The position numbers and the translations under genes are program-made. Source: Macrostomum lignano (taxonomy: Eukaryota). Taken from it: 64,000 nucleotides of DNA. Positions 10,764 to 23,514 of the stretch are shown here, piece after piece; position 1 is the stretch's first letter, and every line of letters starts with the position of its first letter. Under the pieces are notes generated by a model. The model did no database searches. It saw only the letters and a program-made list of their open reading frames with translations, and was not told where the DNA came from. The stretch spans positions 1 through 64,000 of the forward strand of contig NIVC01003731.1 in NCBI GenBank assembly GCA_002269645.1, written 5' to 3'.

Positions 10764-13331
10764 TCCCATGCTTAGTTTAATGTTTTTCTGTTTACTAAAT
10801 TTATCCTAGATGCTAGTTGCCTCTCTTTCATATACAGATATTTAAGTTCTGCCACTGATTTTATCTTTCTTTGTTAACCATCTCCTCTCGCATGCGTGTT
10901 ATTCATGTTTACGTACGAGGAGTATTTGTGAAATTGCAGATTTTAGCATGCGACAGTTCTCCTTCCTTCCTATCTATCTCCATTAACTATCTTTATTTCC
11001 TAGTCTCTGAGTAGCTAGTGCATGCTTTAGTGCTTATCTCCGCGTGTGTGATCAGGCTAACATTTGAAGTCTAAAGGGAGCTAGCGGCAAGAAAATTGCT
11101 GTCTCAGCTGCAGCTTCTCAGACAGCTAGAAGGAAATATTGGACCGCATAGGCTTGGGAGAAAATGGGAGTTCAGCTGAGGCGAATTCCGAGTCGCCAGT
11201 TGCCGAGGGGGAGGAGACGAGTCTGAGGCGTAGTTGCCTCCATCCCGAGCAAGTAAATAATTTATGCGATTATGGCTTTAATTGCATTTTCGTAGATTGC
11301 CAGCCAATGCTAGTGCAAGTGGCAGTGCTGACTGGCTGACAGGCAGATAGCCAAGGCCCATGATGATAGTAATAAGCTTACTTCTCCCATAATAGGACAG
11401 CAATATTTTATTTCGGAACTACTACACTAATGATGAGAACATTTTTTGTGTAAAATTGAGTTCTCCTCAAAGAAAGTTTTTATAATAAAGACTTGTGACA
11501 ATGGAAGTGATATTGCATAATACTTGTTATGTTTCATTTTAAATGGAGTTAGTTCGTAGTTAAATTAGATTTTCCTCTCAGGCAACAGCTCCTCTAATTG
11601 GCTAACATCAAACCCATGAAAGGGACGAAAAATTATAGTGTACATTGACACCCACCCCAATCCTCTCTGTGCCTGGCGAAGATTTCTCTACCCCCGGCCT
11701 TGAATAACCTTCTAAGTCGATTTCCCCCTCTATTTATATTGGCCGGCAAGCAGCCAGCCAATCAGCGACGACTGATCTTTCCTTGCAGTTGTGTATGTGC
11801 TTTGAAAGCTAATTATCTAGTCAGATCGGTCACATCGATTTTTTTGCTCTGTGGATGAGGCAATCAAATCAAATATTGTAAAGCGAACATTTTCGCGGGT
11901 TTAATTGTCTAGCGTATTTTATACGTAAATAAAAATCCACATACCATGTTTTACATGTGTCCACAGTTTAAAATTTCGAGAATAAGGTTCGTCATTACGT
12001 TTTGTAATAATTTTTTAATAAAGCCAGTAACTTTTGTGGATACTTCTATTGAGAGTAAGTTTATTCACCAGTACATCCCACTTTCTTAAAGCACAGAGCT
12101 AATTAAACCGGCTACTTCTACTTTCAAACTTTTACTTTCACTCACTATGGGTCCGTTCTGCCGCTTTCATACTTTTATTCTGCTCATACGTGTCTACGCA
12201 TTAATTTTGGGAGAGTTTCTGCTATTCTGCGTATTTAAGAAAAATAGAAAAATGCGAGCTAAGTCCCGACTCTGGCTCACTTTTCACACCATTCACCGGT
12301 ATCCGAACCTTCTTTTAAAAGAGAGGTAATTATGGATTTCATGCTCATAGAAGCTTTAAAAGGAGTCAGATGATGGTGTCCGTATACAATATTCTACAAT
12401 ACTAAAAGCCTACAGATAAAGACAGTTAGACCGAAGGATGAGGCAAGCGTACAGCGAGAGTCTGAATGGCATTTTTGTCAGCTGTCAAGACAGAGGCAAC
12501 ACACCCAGCGCACACTGTGTGCAGCTTAACGACAGCTTTCTTTTGCTTTACCATATTGAAATCCCTCTTCTTTTGTGTGCGCGCTCGCGTGGCCCCCTTT
12601 AGCGGCGCCCCCCCCCTCTCCTCGCTCTAGCTGAAACGTCAACTCCTGCCTGCTGCGACCTGTCTGTCTCTATCCGAGCGATGTCTCTTCTTCAAAAATA
12701 AGCCCCCCGTGTTGCCTCGCATGTATTGGAATGCCTGTGTGTGTGTATGTCGTTTGAAGGCCTCCGGATCGGGACAGCTTCAGCGAATGGACCCCCATCG
12801 GCCTCACTCGTCCCACTCCTCCCAAGCGCAAACATCTGGTAGGGGGGGGGGCACAGTAAATCCGCTGCTGACTGTTGCTGCCGCTGTTGCAGCATCTCTG
12901 TTGCCGAAGATGAAAACAGTGAAAAATGCTGCAATGGAATTAGGGGGCGTGGGGGTTGAAGCGAGGACCCAGGGATTCAAAGAGAGAAAGAGAGAGAGAG
13001 AGAGAGAGAATGTAAAGCCAGACTGCTTGGACAAAACTCTTAGGCTTACTGTAGTTTGCTACAGTTTAACTTCCTGCCTGGAAGTTTCTCTAATATTCGA
13101 CCCCCACGTTCCTTTGCAATTCGTGCTTTGCCTCTCCGCAGATATTCCCGTAGCCCTCTCGCCCTCGCCCTTTTCGCTAGAATTCTTAAGGCGACCCTCC
13201 CAAGGCTAAGTAAATTTCTAAGAAACTCTTAATGACCGGATGAGGTTCAATGTTGGCTAGGAACAAGTCTATTTTTTCTATGAAAGTTCAACATGAATAT
13301 CATAGTACTCTTTTGCCCTTTTTAATTGCAG

Positions 13332-13399
13332 ATTTTACCGCTCAACAGCTCGACAGCGCCAAATTGATCTGAAATCCGCCACATGCTCAACCTCTGACG
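13332..13399 (+). CDS. Candidate small exon, coding (FYRSTARQRQIDLKSATCSTSD) or 5' UTR
   Basis: Acceptor tttttaattgcAG and donor G|GTGAGT. Only the phase-2-start frame is open, which matches the phase-2 end of 494-618. Confidence 0.35.
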
Positions 13400-13984
13400 G
13401 TGAGTTGCTAGCCAGCTGCGCTCATAGACAGTAATAAGTACCTCATAGTTCTGCGGCATCAAGATTGCTCAAACCAATTTGAAAATTGGTCCGAACAAAC
13501 TCTAACATTGATTTGAGCAATCTTGATCCGAGCAATGTGAACTGGCCTTTTTTAGTTGAACACTGAATGACTCCAACTGCTTCTCTCCCGATGTCTGATG
13601 ATGGATGCTGTCCAGCCTCTCTGAGCTGTGTGCGTTTCATCTCTGATTCAAGTTTTATTTCGCGCGCACTAACTACCCAATCTCGCTTATTAATCCCATT
13701 CAACCGAATCCGCTAGCTCTTGACCCTAATGACAGACCGCGAGACTTTACAACTCTTTAAGCCTGCAACACAGCGGGCGTGACGATTCTTCATTTTTTAC
13801 AATTTTTATTTACGACCTCGCCCGAATCTGGGGCGCCAAACTGGACGATGCGAATTCTGTCTGCTATCTGGGCCCCCAGCTCTGCCAGTCCTCTCAGCTC
13901 TTCATCGCTGCCCGTGTGGTCTGCCACCCACCCCGATCTAAACTACTGCGTTTCATGCCCATTTTTCTCAGCCGATGCTGGTCA

Positions 13985-14367
13985 CCTCTTCTCTCCGCTC
14001 CTCTTCTCATCTAATCTAATCTAATCTCATCCCCCTCTTCTCTTCTCTTCTCTTCTCTCCTCTCATCTAATCTAATCTCTCCTCTCCTCTTTCCTTCTCT
14101 CCTCTCATCTAATCTGATCTAATCTCTTCTCTCCTCTTTTCTCCAGTCCTTTCCTCTGTTCTCTCATCTCCTTTCATCTAATCTAATCTCATTTCATCTC
14201 ATTTCTCCTCTTCTCTCCTCTCCACTCCTCTCCTCTCTCCTCTCCTCTCCTCTCCTCTCCTCTCCTCTACTCTACTCTCCTCTCTTCTCCTCTCATTTCA
14301 TCTCACCTCTCCTCTCACCTCTCCTCTCTCTCTCTCTCTCTCTCTCGCTCTCTCTCTCTCTCTTTCC

Positions 14368-14447
<80 letters not shown>

Positions 14448-14790
14448 ACTCCCACCTGTCCTCGCCCGCGGGCAAGGGGCAGGGGCCGTCGGCCCGCCAG
14501 GATCATCAATAGGCGGGTCCGTGCGGCCCACACTGCGCAGGTAGCGGCAGATGAGGCGTGCGTCCCTGCTGAAAACGTCGTTTATGCTGTCTCACCTCTC
14601 CTCTCACCTCTCCTATCCTCTCTTCTTCTCTCCTCTCATCTCACCTCTCCTTTTCTCTTCTCTCCTCTCCTACGAGTATGCTCTCCTATCCTCTCTTCTT
14701 CTCTCCATTCATCTCCTCTCATCTCCCATCTATTTTTTCTCCTCTCTCCTCTCCTCTCCTCTCTTCGCCTCTGCTCTCGGTTCTGCACTC
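13985..14790. repeat. Polypyrimidine low-complexity tract (TCTCC/TCTAA pentamers and (CT)n) interrupted by a GC-rich island at 14446-14590
   Basis: Direct reading. Confidence 0.9.
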
Positions 14791-15539
14791 TCCTGTTTCC
14801 GTCTCCTTTATTTGTCTCAGCTGCTTAACCAATGGTTAATTATAGTCAATAGTTGACTATATACGTATAGATTTTATACTGTACAGTTCAAGGAAGCCTT
14901 AGTTTTCTAAGGCTTCCTTGAGTTTCGGTCATTTCGATCATTCAGCTTTTTGAGCTTCGATCATTTCGTAGCAACTTCAATAATCTAATCGAAGTAATCG
15001 GCTATAGGGATTCGATAATTAACTTTTAGTTGATTGATTTTCGGAAGCCATGCAATCCGTCTGCTTCTATTACTTTTTACCTCTAATTTAAAAAGCCATT
15101 AACTACTTTTGTTTTAATCTGCAGCAGTTCATGTTGTTTTCGCAATTCGCATTTTGACTGCGATTTTGACTCACTCACAATTTGCAAAGTTTATAGCGAA
15201 TATTTTTCTCAATCGGCTTCTACTTGGCTTTTATGCTAGGCAAAATCGTGTCCCATGCCAGATTATGCCAATCCGACTGACAGTCTGACATGCCCAGCTC
15301 TGCAGTGGGGCTGCGGCGGCAATTATTTCTCATATTCCCCCCCCCCCTCGTAGCCGTTTAGCACCGGGCTCTGGCGTGGGATTGCTGGGGTGGGGCCGGC
15401 TTGACTCAAGGCCTAGCTGCGCTATGCAGACACGGATGGGAGCGGCTTTGTAGCCTGGATTAGTGCCCAGCTGAGCCTAGCTGACCTCGCCTGAGCTGCG
15501 TAGCTGCCAGTGATTTTGTTACGTAACACCTGATTGCAA

Positions 15540-15757
<218 letters not shown>

Positions 15758-16364
15758 GTGTATGTATGATGCAAGTATGTCTGACTAAATGAGCAAAGGT
15801 AGCCAGAATCTCAGACAGGAGTGAGACCAGCCCATGCGAGCATCATAGCTATTTTGGCCCAATTTTTATGCACCGACTCGACGCAGTTTTTTAAAGTTTC
15901 TTGGTTTTGGAAGGGTAAAAAATAGATTGCCAGAGCACAGAGAACTCCATCCCCTCAAGAGACTCAAGGGCTGAGCGCAATTCTAATCTTTCCTGCAAAG
16001 ACTGACGGTCCTTCAGATTCCAGAGCGTGCGATTTCAGACCTTAGCGACCAACTTTCTGCTGGCTCAGCCTCCTAATTCCCTTCTGATAGCGGAGCATTT
16101 AATCATTCTCTTCCGTTCTCCGCTTTCTCCCTGTCCGCCTCCAAATCTCGCCCATCCCGTCAGTCTCGCTTCTGTCTATTATTTTTTTCGTCCGTCCGGC
16201 CCGACCGCGGTTTTGTTGAAAATTCGGCCACGCGCCCCCCTCGCCCGAGTTGCCGCCCCTTTTTTATTCTCTTTTCGCCGATTTAGGAAGATGGCATATT
16301 TGCACTCTGCCTTGTGAGTTTGTGGCTTTGCTTTTTGTACCTGCTTACGATCTTTATACAACCT

Positions 16365-17220
16365 CCTCTCGTCTCTCGTCTCTCTTCTCTTGTCTGTCTT
16401 CTCTTTTCTGTCTTCTCTTTTCTGTCTTCTCTCGTCTGTCTTCTCTTTTCTGTCTTCTCTCGTCTGTCTTCTCTTTTCTGTCTTCTCTTGTCTGTCTTCT
16501 CTTTTCTGTCTTCTCTTGTCTCTCTTCTCTTTTCTGTCTTCTCTTGTCTGTCTTCTCTTTTCTGTCTTCTCTCGTCTGTCTTCTCTTTTCTGTCTTCTCT
16601 TGTCTCTCTTCTCTTGTCTGTCTTCTCTTTTCTGTCTTCTCTTGTCTCTCTTCTCTTGTCTGTCTTCTCTTTTCTGTCTTCTCTTGTCTGTCTTCTCTTT
16701 TCTGTCTTCTCTTGTCTGTCTTCTCTTTTCTGTCTTCTCTCGTCTGTCTTCTCTCGTCTCCCTTCTTCATCTCTCTTCTCTCGTTTCTCTCCTCTCGTCC
16801 CTTTCCTCCCGTCTCTCTCATCTCGTCTCTATTCTCTATTCTCTCTCCTCTCGTCTCTCTTCTCTCGTCTCCCTTCTTCATCTCTCTTCTCTCGTCTCTC
16901 TCCTCCCGTTTCTCTCCTCTCGTCTCTCTCCTTTCGTCTCTCCTCTCGTCTCTCGTCTCTCGTCTCTCTTCTCTCGTCTCCCCCTCTCATCTCTCTTCTC
17001 TCGGCTGTCTTCTCTCGTATCTCTTCTCCCCTCTTCCTACTCTCGTCTCCCTTCATCATCTCTTTTCTCTCATTTTGTCTCTTATCTCATTTCTCTTGTC
17101 TTTCTTCTTGATCTCACATCTTTTATCTCCCTTCTCCCATCTCCTATTTTCCATCTCCTTTCTGTCATCTCCCTTTCGTTATCTCCCTCTGTCATTCACT
17201 TCTTTCTTCTTTCTTTCCGT
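16365..17220. repeat. Pyrimidine-rich minisatellite based on 14/28-bp units (TCTTCTCTTTTCTG / TCTTCTCTTGTCTG), decaying into low complexity
   Basis: Direct reading; it explains the Leu/Ser/Phe-rich ORFs at 16250-17370. Confidence 0.92.
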
Positions 17221-17283
17221 TTCAATTTTCAATACCGGGTTTCTGGCGTTAAGAAGCAATTTTCTCTAATTACGTTGACTCGG

Positions 17284-17350
17284 TCTCCGTGGGGAGAATC
17301 GGTCTCCCCACGCCAGAAATCTTGTCGTCTTAGCCATTGCGCAACAGACT
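17284..17350 (-). pseudogene. Degenerate tRNA-like sequence (tRNA pseudogene or SINE head)
   Basis: Minus strand reads gtctgttgcgcaatggctaag...gatttct...ggggagaccgattctcccc...ggagac, with an A-box-like motif, a T-arm-like hairpin with a damaged loop and a partial acceptor stem. It loosely resembles tRNA-Arg(TCT). Confidence 0.3.
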
Positions 17351-18084
17351 GTGAAGAAAGAGATAGATAGTTGCCCCTGACAACGGAAGTTCCGCTCTCT
17401 GACGCAATCATTTTTTAAGTTTAGAAAATAACGCTAGAACAGAAAATTGACAGCAGGAAGATCCTCTCATCTGCTTTCCGCCTTCTGCACATTGAAATTC
17501 CCTCTCCCCCTCCAGTTTACCAGCTCCGGGGGCGGGGCTGCGTCTCCTTAGTTCAGGAGCACTCGGGTTCCGCGATCCGATCGAATCCTCGTTTGCGTTT
17601 CCATCCAGCGTATTATTGATTATTTACCTGCGGCAGAGCACACAGGAGAGGCAGCTGGCGATGACAGGGGAACAGAGGCATAGAGACAGGCGAGCAGTTA
17701 AAAAGCACCTGTTAATGTGTCTGTCGAGTTGTTTCCTTTGCTCTCTGGTCGGCACATGGGCGTTGTCATGCACTAAAGAAGGCTTTGTTGCCGGCATCCG
17801 GCATGTATTTTGCGCCCTTTAATCTGAGCACTGGTTGGGTCGCTTCATTAGGGCGAGTCGGATAAAGGGGTTACAGAGATCAATTGACTGTAAAGATAAT
17901 AGGGGGGACGGGGTTCATGGATTATAGTTTGTGAAGGCAAAATGTAGAGAATTAATAATGGGAAAACAGAGGGGTGATAATTAGCGGACAGGTGCAGAGT
18001 TGTGGAATAAACGACGTCATACAGAATAATTTCTTGACTGCGATGCGAGCTCAGCTTTTGAGATGGGAGAGCATTGGGATGGGT

Positions 18085-18625
18085 GGATATGCAGACAGGT
18101 AGATAAGCAAACAGGTAGATAGGCATACATGTAGATAAGAGACAGGTAGATAAGCAAACAGATAGATAAGCATACAGGTAGATAAGAGACAGGTAGATAG
18201 GCAGACGGGTAGATTAGCAAACAGGTAGATAAGCAGACAGGTAGATAAGCAGACAGGTAGATAAGCAAAAAGGTATATAAGCAAACAGGTGGATAAGCAG
18301 ACAGGTAGATAAGCAGACAGATGGATAAGCAGACAGGTAGATAAGCAGACAGATGGATAAGCAGACAGGTAGATAAGCAGACAGGTAGATAAGCAAACAG
18401 GTGGATAAGCAAACAGGTAGATAGCAGACAGGTAGATAAGCAAACAGGTAAATAAGCATACAGGTAGATAAGCAGACAGGTAGATAAGCATACAGGTAGA
18501 TAAGCATACAGGTAGATAAGCAGACAGGTAGATAAGCAGACAGGTAGATAAGCAGACAGGTAGATAAGCAGACAGGTAGATAAGCAGACAGGTAGATAAG
18601 CAGACAGGTAGATAAGCAGACAGGT
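18085..18625. repeat. 16-bp minisatellite (GTAGATAAGCAGACAG), about 33 copies
   Basis: Direct reading. Confidence 0.95.
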
Positions 18626-20224
18626 ATATGAGTGAAAATGGATTTAACATGCAGATAACAATGCAGACAGGAGCATAGTTGACCGTCGGCGCGATATATC
18701 CATCGTGTCAATTATTTATAAATGAGGAAACCAGATATCGCAAAAGGCAACTGGAGAAGCAAATCCCGTTATTCCAAAGAGTTTAGTAAGCTACGGTGGT
18801 ATTTTTTGTCCTTCAAACTTATCCTAATTTGTTATATTCTAATCATTTGTTTTGACTGGTATATCATTTTAAATCTGGATTTGTTTATCCTGTGTCGGGC
18901 TTTTTGCAAAATAGGATTGAACGTTCGCTTTTCAGTTTTCGCTTTTTTGCTTTCGGTTTTTCAGTTTTTTTGAATAAGTTAAGTTGAAAAAGATAGCTGC
19001 CTAGCAACTACGTTAACCTGTCATCGCAGCTTCATCAACTGGGTGTTTCCAGAATCCTGTTACTCATAACTGATTAGTCACCAAGGGGGGCAGGAGGCTA
19101 AGCTAAGCTTATTTGATGGGCTGGAATGTGTGCTAATTGGTGGTCTGGGTGCAGATCCTAGATCTAGACTAGCTAGGCCTACACACTACTGCTGTTCAGT
19201 AGTCAGCTTGGTATATTAGAATGCGATAGTTGTTATTTTCATTGTTTATACTTATGAGGTTTTGATTGCCTACTGTTAGTAGCCAATACTGCATCGTATT
19301 ATATACTTCTCAGTTCTTTTCTTTTCTCTCTCAATTCTCTCCCCTCTTCTCTCCTCTCACTCTACTCTCTCTCCTCTCTCCCCTCCCTGCTTCTCTTCCC
19401 TCTCTTTTTCTCTCCCCTTTAAAACTCTCCCTTCTCTTCTCTCCTCTCTTCTCTTCTCTTACCTCTCCTCTGTCTTATGAGCTGAATTTTTTATCTGGCA
19501 CTTGAGGTAAAAAATAAATAGTCTAGCATTATTATTCATTCACAAGTAGAGTTTTTTTAAACAGTTTATCTTGTTAGATTCTGTTTAGTTAGTTGATCAA
19601 GATCTGGTATTAAGTGAGGCTTGCCAGCTTCAAAATCTTCATTATCATTATTGTACTCATATATTAGTCTGGTTGCCAGGTCGCATTTGAGCAGCTCAGA
19701 AATTAATGCTCAACTTGCTGCAGATTCACTCTTCCATAGCATTCACGCCTTCTACGTATCTAGGAGAATCTAAACTGTACCTAATAGCTTACCTTTTCAC
19801 ACCTTGCCTGTCACCAGTTAGTTTTTGAGTGCCGTGCTCATGCAGCTTGTCTTGCATTCGGGACTCAGCCGCATCGCGTTGCTTGGTCGGACTCAGTGCG
19901 ATAGAGAGTACTCTACTAATTTATTCATTTGACTCAAACTGCCTGCGGTCCCGGCGTTTATTGAGAGCATGAATATTGATGGGGGAGAAGCTGGAGTCTG
20001 CTACTGCTTTTGTATTTGTATCTGCTAGCAAATTTAGAGGATCGAAATCCCCTTATTTAATGCTTTCATTGAATGCTTCTTCATCGATTTGTTATCTCTT
20101 GCAGCCATGCTATTCTAGGCTGCGTACTGCATTTTCGGTTTCCTTTTTTGTCATTCTTTTTACGGCTTCAATTTTCCTACAATTTGCTTTTGGATGGATT
20201 CCAAGTAGCAAACAATTGCTCATG

Positions 20225-20990
20225 ATAGATGTCGCTTATAAATGATGTCGCTCACGAGAGAGCTGTTGGGATGTCGCTCATTAGAGATGTCGAGATGTCG
20301 CGCATGAACTGTCGGAATGTCGCCCATGAGGTATCAGAATTTCGCTCATGCGATGTCGGGATATCTCCCATGAGAGATGAAGGAATGTCGGCTATGAGCT
20401 GTCTGGATGTCGGCCATGAGATGTCGGGATGTCTGTCATGAGCTGTCTGGATGTCTGTCATGAGCTGTCTGGATGTCTGTCATGAGCTGTCGGGATGTCG
20501 GCCATGAGATGTCGGGATGTCGGCCATGAGATGTCAGGATGTCAGCCATGAGCTGTCGGGATGTCGGCTATGAGCTGTCGGGATGTCGGCCATGAGATGT
20601 CGGGATGTCGGCCATGAGATGTCGGGATGTCGGCCATGAAATGTCAGGATGTCGGCTATGAGCTGTCGGGATGTCGGCCATGAGATGTCAGGATGTCGGC
20701 CATGAGCTGTTGGGATGTCGGCAATGAGATGTCAGGATGTCGGCCATGAGCTGTCGGGATGTCAACTATGAGATATCTGGATGTCGGCCATGAGCTGTCT
20801 GGATGTCGGCTATGAGCTGTCTGGATGTATGTCATGAGATGTCTGGATGTCGGCCATAAGATGTCGGGATGTCTGTCATGAGCTGTCTGGATGTCGGCCA
20901 TGAGAGTCGGGATGTCGGCTATGAGCTGTCTGGATGTCGGCCATGAGATGTCGAAATATCGCTATCGAAATGTCGCTCATTAGAGATTTT
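20225..20990. repeat. 22-bp minisatellite (GATGTCGGCCATGAGCTGTCGG) with degenerate flanks
   Basis: Direct reading. Confidence 0.93.
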
Positions 20991-22268
20991 ATTCATTATT
21001 CATATCATCAATGAAGTATGTCGCTTAAAAATACTTTTTAGTTTTTTTCTGTTCCATATTTCATAGATTAAATGTCTTGTGAATATGAATGAATGAATTT
21101 TCATGCCCAGAAATAGAACTTAGCCGAAGCATTCATATTCATATTCACCTTTTAGTGCGAGGCCTGTCAACTTTGCTTTAGTCAGTAGAGCTCCCATAAT
21201 TCGTGTTCAAACTAGCTGGTTCAATCTTCATTGTATGCTGACGAAGTTAAAAAAATACCTCGTATCCTATTTTCGTACCTACCCTACCTATTATTCTTCT
21301 TTACCTCTCTGTCAACACTGGTTAACTAGATAGCAATTCTCACACTAATAGCTTAATGGCGCAGCACTGGGATCGCTTAGGGATAGCGCTCGCCCCTCTG
21401 GATGATCTACTAGTACTTTGACAAGAACCGAAATTGAGTAGTGATTATTAGATGAGGCTCTCTGTTCGAAAATCGTCTACTGCTTTCGTTTCTGCAGGCC
21501 ATAAATTTCATTTTCTGCTCTCTCTCTCCCAGAGTCACACAGCAGCAGCAGCACTAACGAGTGCCCTGCCGTTGCTGCTGCTAGGCGGTCTGAGCATGAC
21601 TATACGTGCAGAAACATTTGCCAGTAACAACCCCGGGGGAGCTGGGAATCCAGGCTTAAGTGTTCCAGATGAGTTCCTTATGCCTACTATACTGTCGTGG
21701 AGAACTTCGGCCAAGCGTCAATCTTCGATAAAGAGCTGCTCATTAGAGTTTCTACTAGGGTCAGTAGGCGAGAAAACTGATTAAAATGATTAGCAGTGCT
21801 TAAGATTTGACGGTTCAAGTTGGATTTAGCGGACTGTCGGATTGGCAGGGAGCAAGGCTGAGTCCACTGACACACTTATTGAGCTGGAACGGCGCTGATT
21901 GGTCGGCCCAGTTTTTCTGGCTGACTGAAGGCTTCTGAGGCTTCATCGGTTTATATGGCTGTTTCTGACAGTCCAATTTTACTTCCAATACTATTTCTAA
22001 ACACAAAGATACACTTTCAAGCGATATTGTCGCGGAGATTTTGCATCGAACTTTCGAATCCTTTTTTCTCTGTGTTTCCGTATTTGTGTCATTGAGTGCG
22101 CGCAGTTTCCCGTAACGCCTGTGCCGCCCCCACGTGTGTGTGTGTGTGTGTCCCCGATAGCTGGACCGAATTAGCTAGATTGAGAACGCAGCCGGTCTCA
22201 ATCTAGCTGACTAGCTGCCAAAAATGCAGCAACAGCATCAGCGTAATGCTGCAGCAGATTCAGTATAG

Positions 22269-22306
22269 TATATATAATATACACAGTATAATTACTGCCG
22301 TCACAA
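22269..22306 (+). promoter_or_regulatory. Candidate core promoter: TATA box (TATATATAA, 22269-22277) plus Inr-like TCACAA at 22301
   Basis: TATA-to-Inr spacing is about 30 nt, directly upstream of a signal-peptide exon. Confidence 0.45.
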
Positions 22307-22371
22307 CAGGTATGTCTAGCAGACTAGTTGCTATGGTCGGACGGTTCGGCCACTCAGAATTCACTGTCTCA

Positions 22372-22423
22372 ATGCCGCTGCTGCTTCTGCTATTATTGTT
22401 ACTGAGCTCCGGCGTCTCGGCTG
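22372..22423 (+). CDS. Lar: Candidate LAR first coding exon 1a, signal peptide MPLLLLLLLLLSSGVSA (in-frame upstream ATGs at 22312 and 22333)
   Basis: Hydrophobic core with a V-S-A cleavage motif and a perfect donor G|GTAAGT at 22424. The phase-1 join to 48371 gives ...VSA-EEARITQGP, comparable to the EEPPRF N-terminus of PTPRS. Confidence 0.6.
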
Positions 22424-23205
22424 GTAAGTTTTTTAAAAATATTTTTATTCCAGTCTCAGGCTTTGTCACGGTCATAGCAATCCGCGCCATCAGAGCACCG
22501 GTAAAGAGCTAAATACTCTTTCGACCAAAACGCTGAATAATAAAAGTTTTTTTTAAATTCTGCATTATAAAGCTGTGGAATTGTTGCGCTGTAAATGTTT
22601 GGGACGAGTTGCAGAAAGTCAAGCAAATAACCTAGGGAAGGTTTTAGTGCTTTTTTGCTATGTACACCTCAGCAGCGGAGAATCTCCCTTTCTCCTATAC
22701 TGCTTTTTCCCCCAGCTTCTTTGTCTTCTCCCCATCTCTTGGCGTGCAGGCTTGTAGCTTTATTTATCTCTACCAGTGCTCACAGCAGAGCCGCTGGTCT
22801 ATTCAGGATCTGCTCAAAGCGCCTAAGCTTTGACTTTACGGAGATGTCACAGGTTGGTGCTGCTGCTGCTTCTGGTGCTGAAGCAGAGCAAAACTGAGGT
22901 GGGCAGGGCAGGGGACAGCTTTGCGTTTGGCAGCCCCTCCGGCGGCCACTGACCATTTATTATTCATTTACTCAGCAACTATGATGTGGGATTGGAGCCT
23001 TCTCTCCCCTCCCAACTCCCTAGCTTCTCCCCTCCCCGTGTCTCGCCCTCCTGCCCAGCCAACTCCCAGAGTTCACCTTTCCAGCCTTGGCCGCATAGGA
23101 AGGCCTGTCGCCCGAGAACAAGTTGTATCTGACCGGCCCAGCCAGAGACAGAGAGTAAAACGATCGCAAACGATACGAGAGAAGCCCACTGGTTTGCCTG
23201 CTTAG

Positions 23206-23439
23206 GCCGGGAGGGGCGGCTCCATCCCCTTTGACCGGCTGGGTGACCCGCTCAAATGAACAATGCAGTGAGCTCAGACACGACCAAGTTCTAGTAGTTG
23301 AGGCTGGAGCGAACAAGAAGCTATTCCAGTTCAAAGAAATCACTGGAGTGCGTGTTAACAGGCTTTTGGTGGCATTGAGCCCTGGTATTTGTGCACTTTT
23401 GCGGGGCGAAGTTGAAATTTGGGCTCCTTATTATGCTAT
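23206..23439 (+). CDS. Candidate symmetric phase-2 exon of unknown identity (…QCSELRHDQVLVVEAGANKKLFQFKEITGVRVNRLLVALSPG…VEIWAPYYA)
   Basis: Acceptor ttgcctgcttAG and donor GTAAGA at 23440; 234 nt open. Not phase-compatible with the LAR exons. Confidence 0.3.
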
Positions 23440-23514
23440 GTAAGACTTGATGTGTTTACAGGAGTTTTCCAATCAGACCCTATCCTTATCCTATCCTCAT
23501 AGGATCCATATCCT

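Noticed and set aside
16250-17370. 265-339 aa hydrophobic ORFs resembling membrane proteins
   Set aside because: Pure pyrimidine repeats cannot encode stops on this strand, and several frames are open at once.
21787-21930. Frame in which six consecutive stops are all TGA
   Set aside because: No SECIS-like element or homology supports recoding, and the LAR exons use the standard code.
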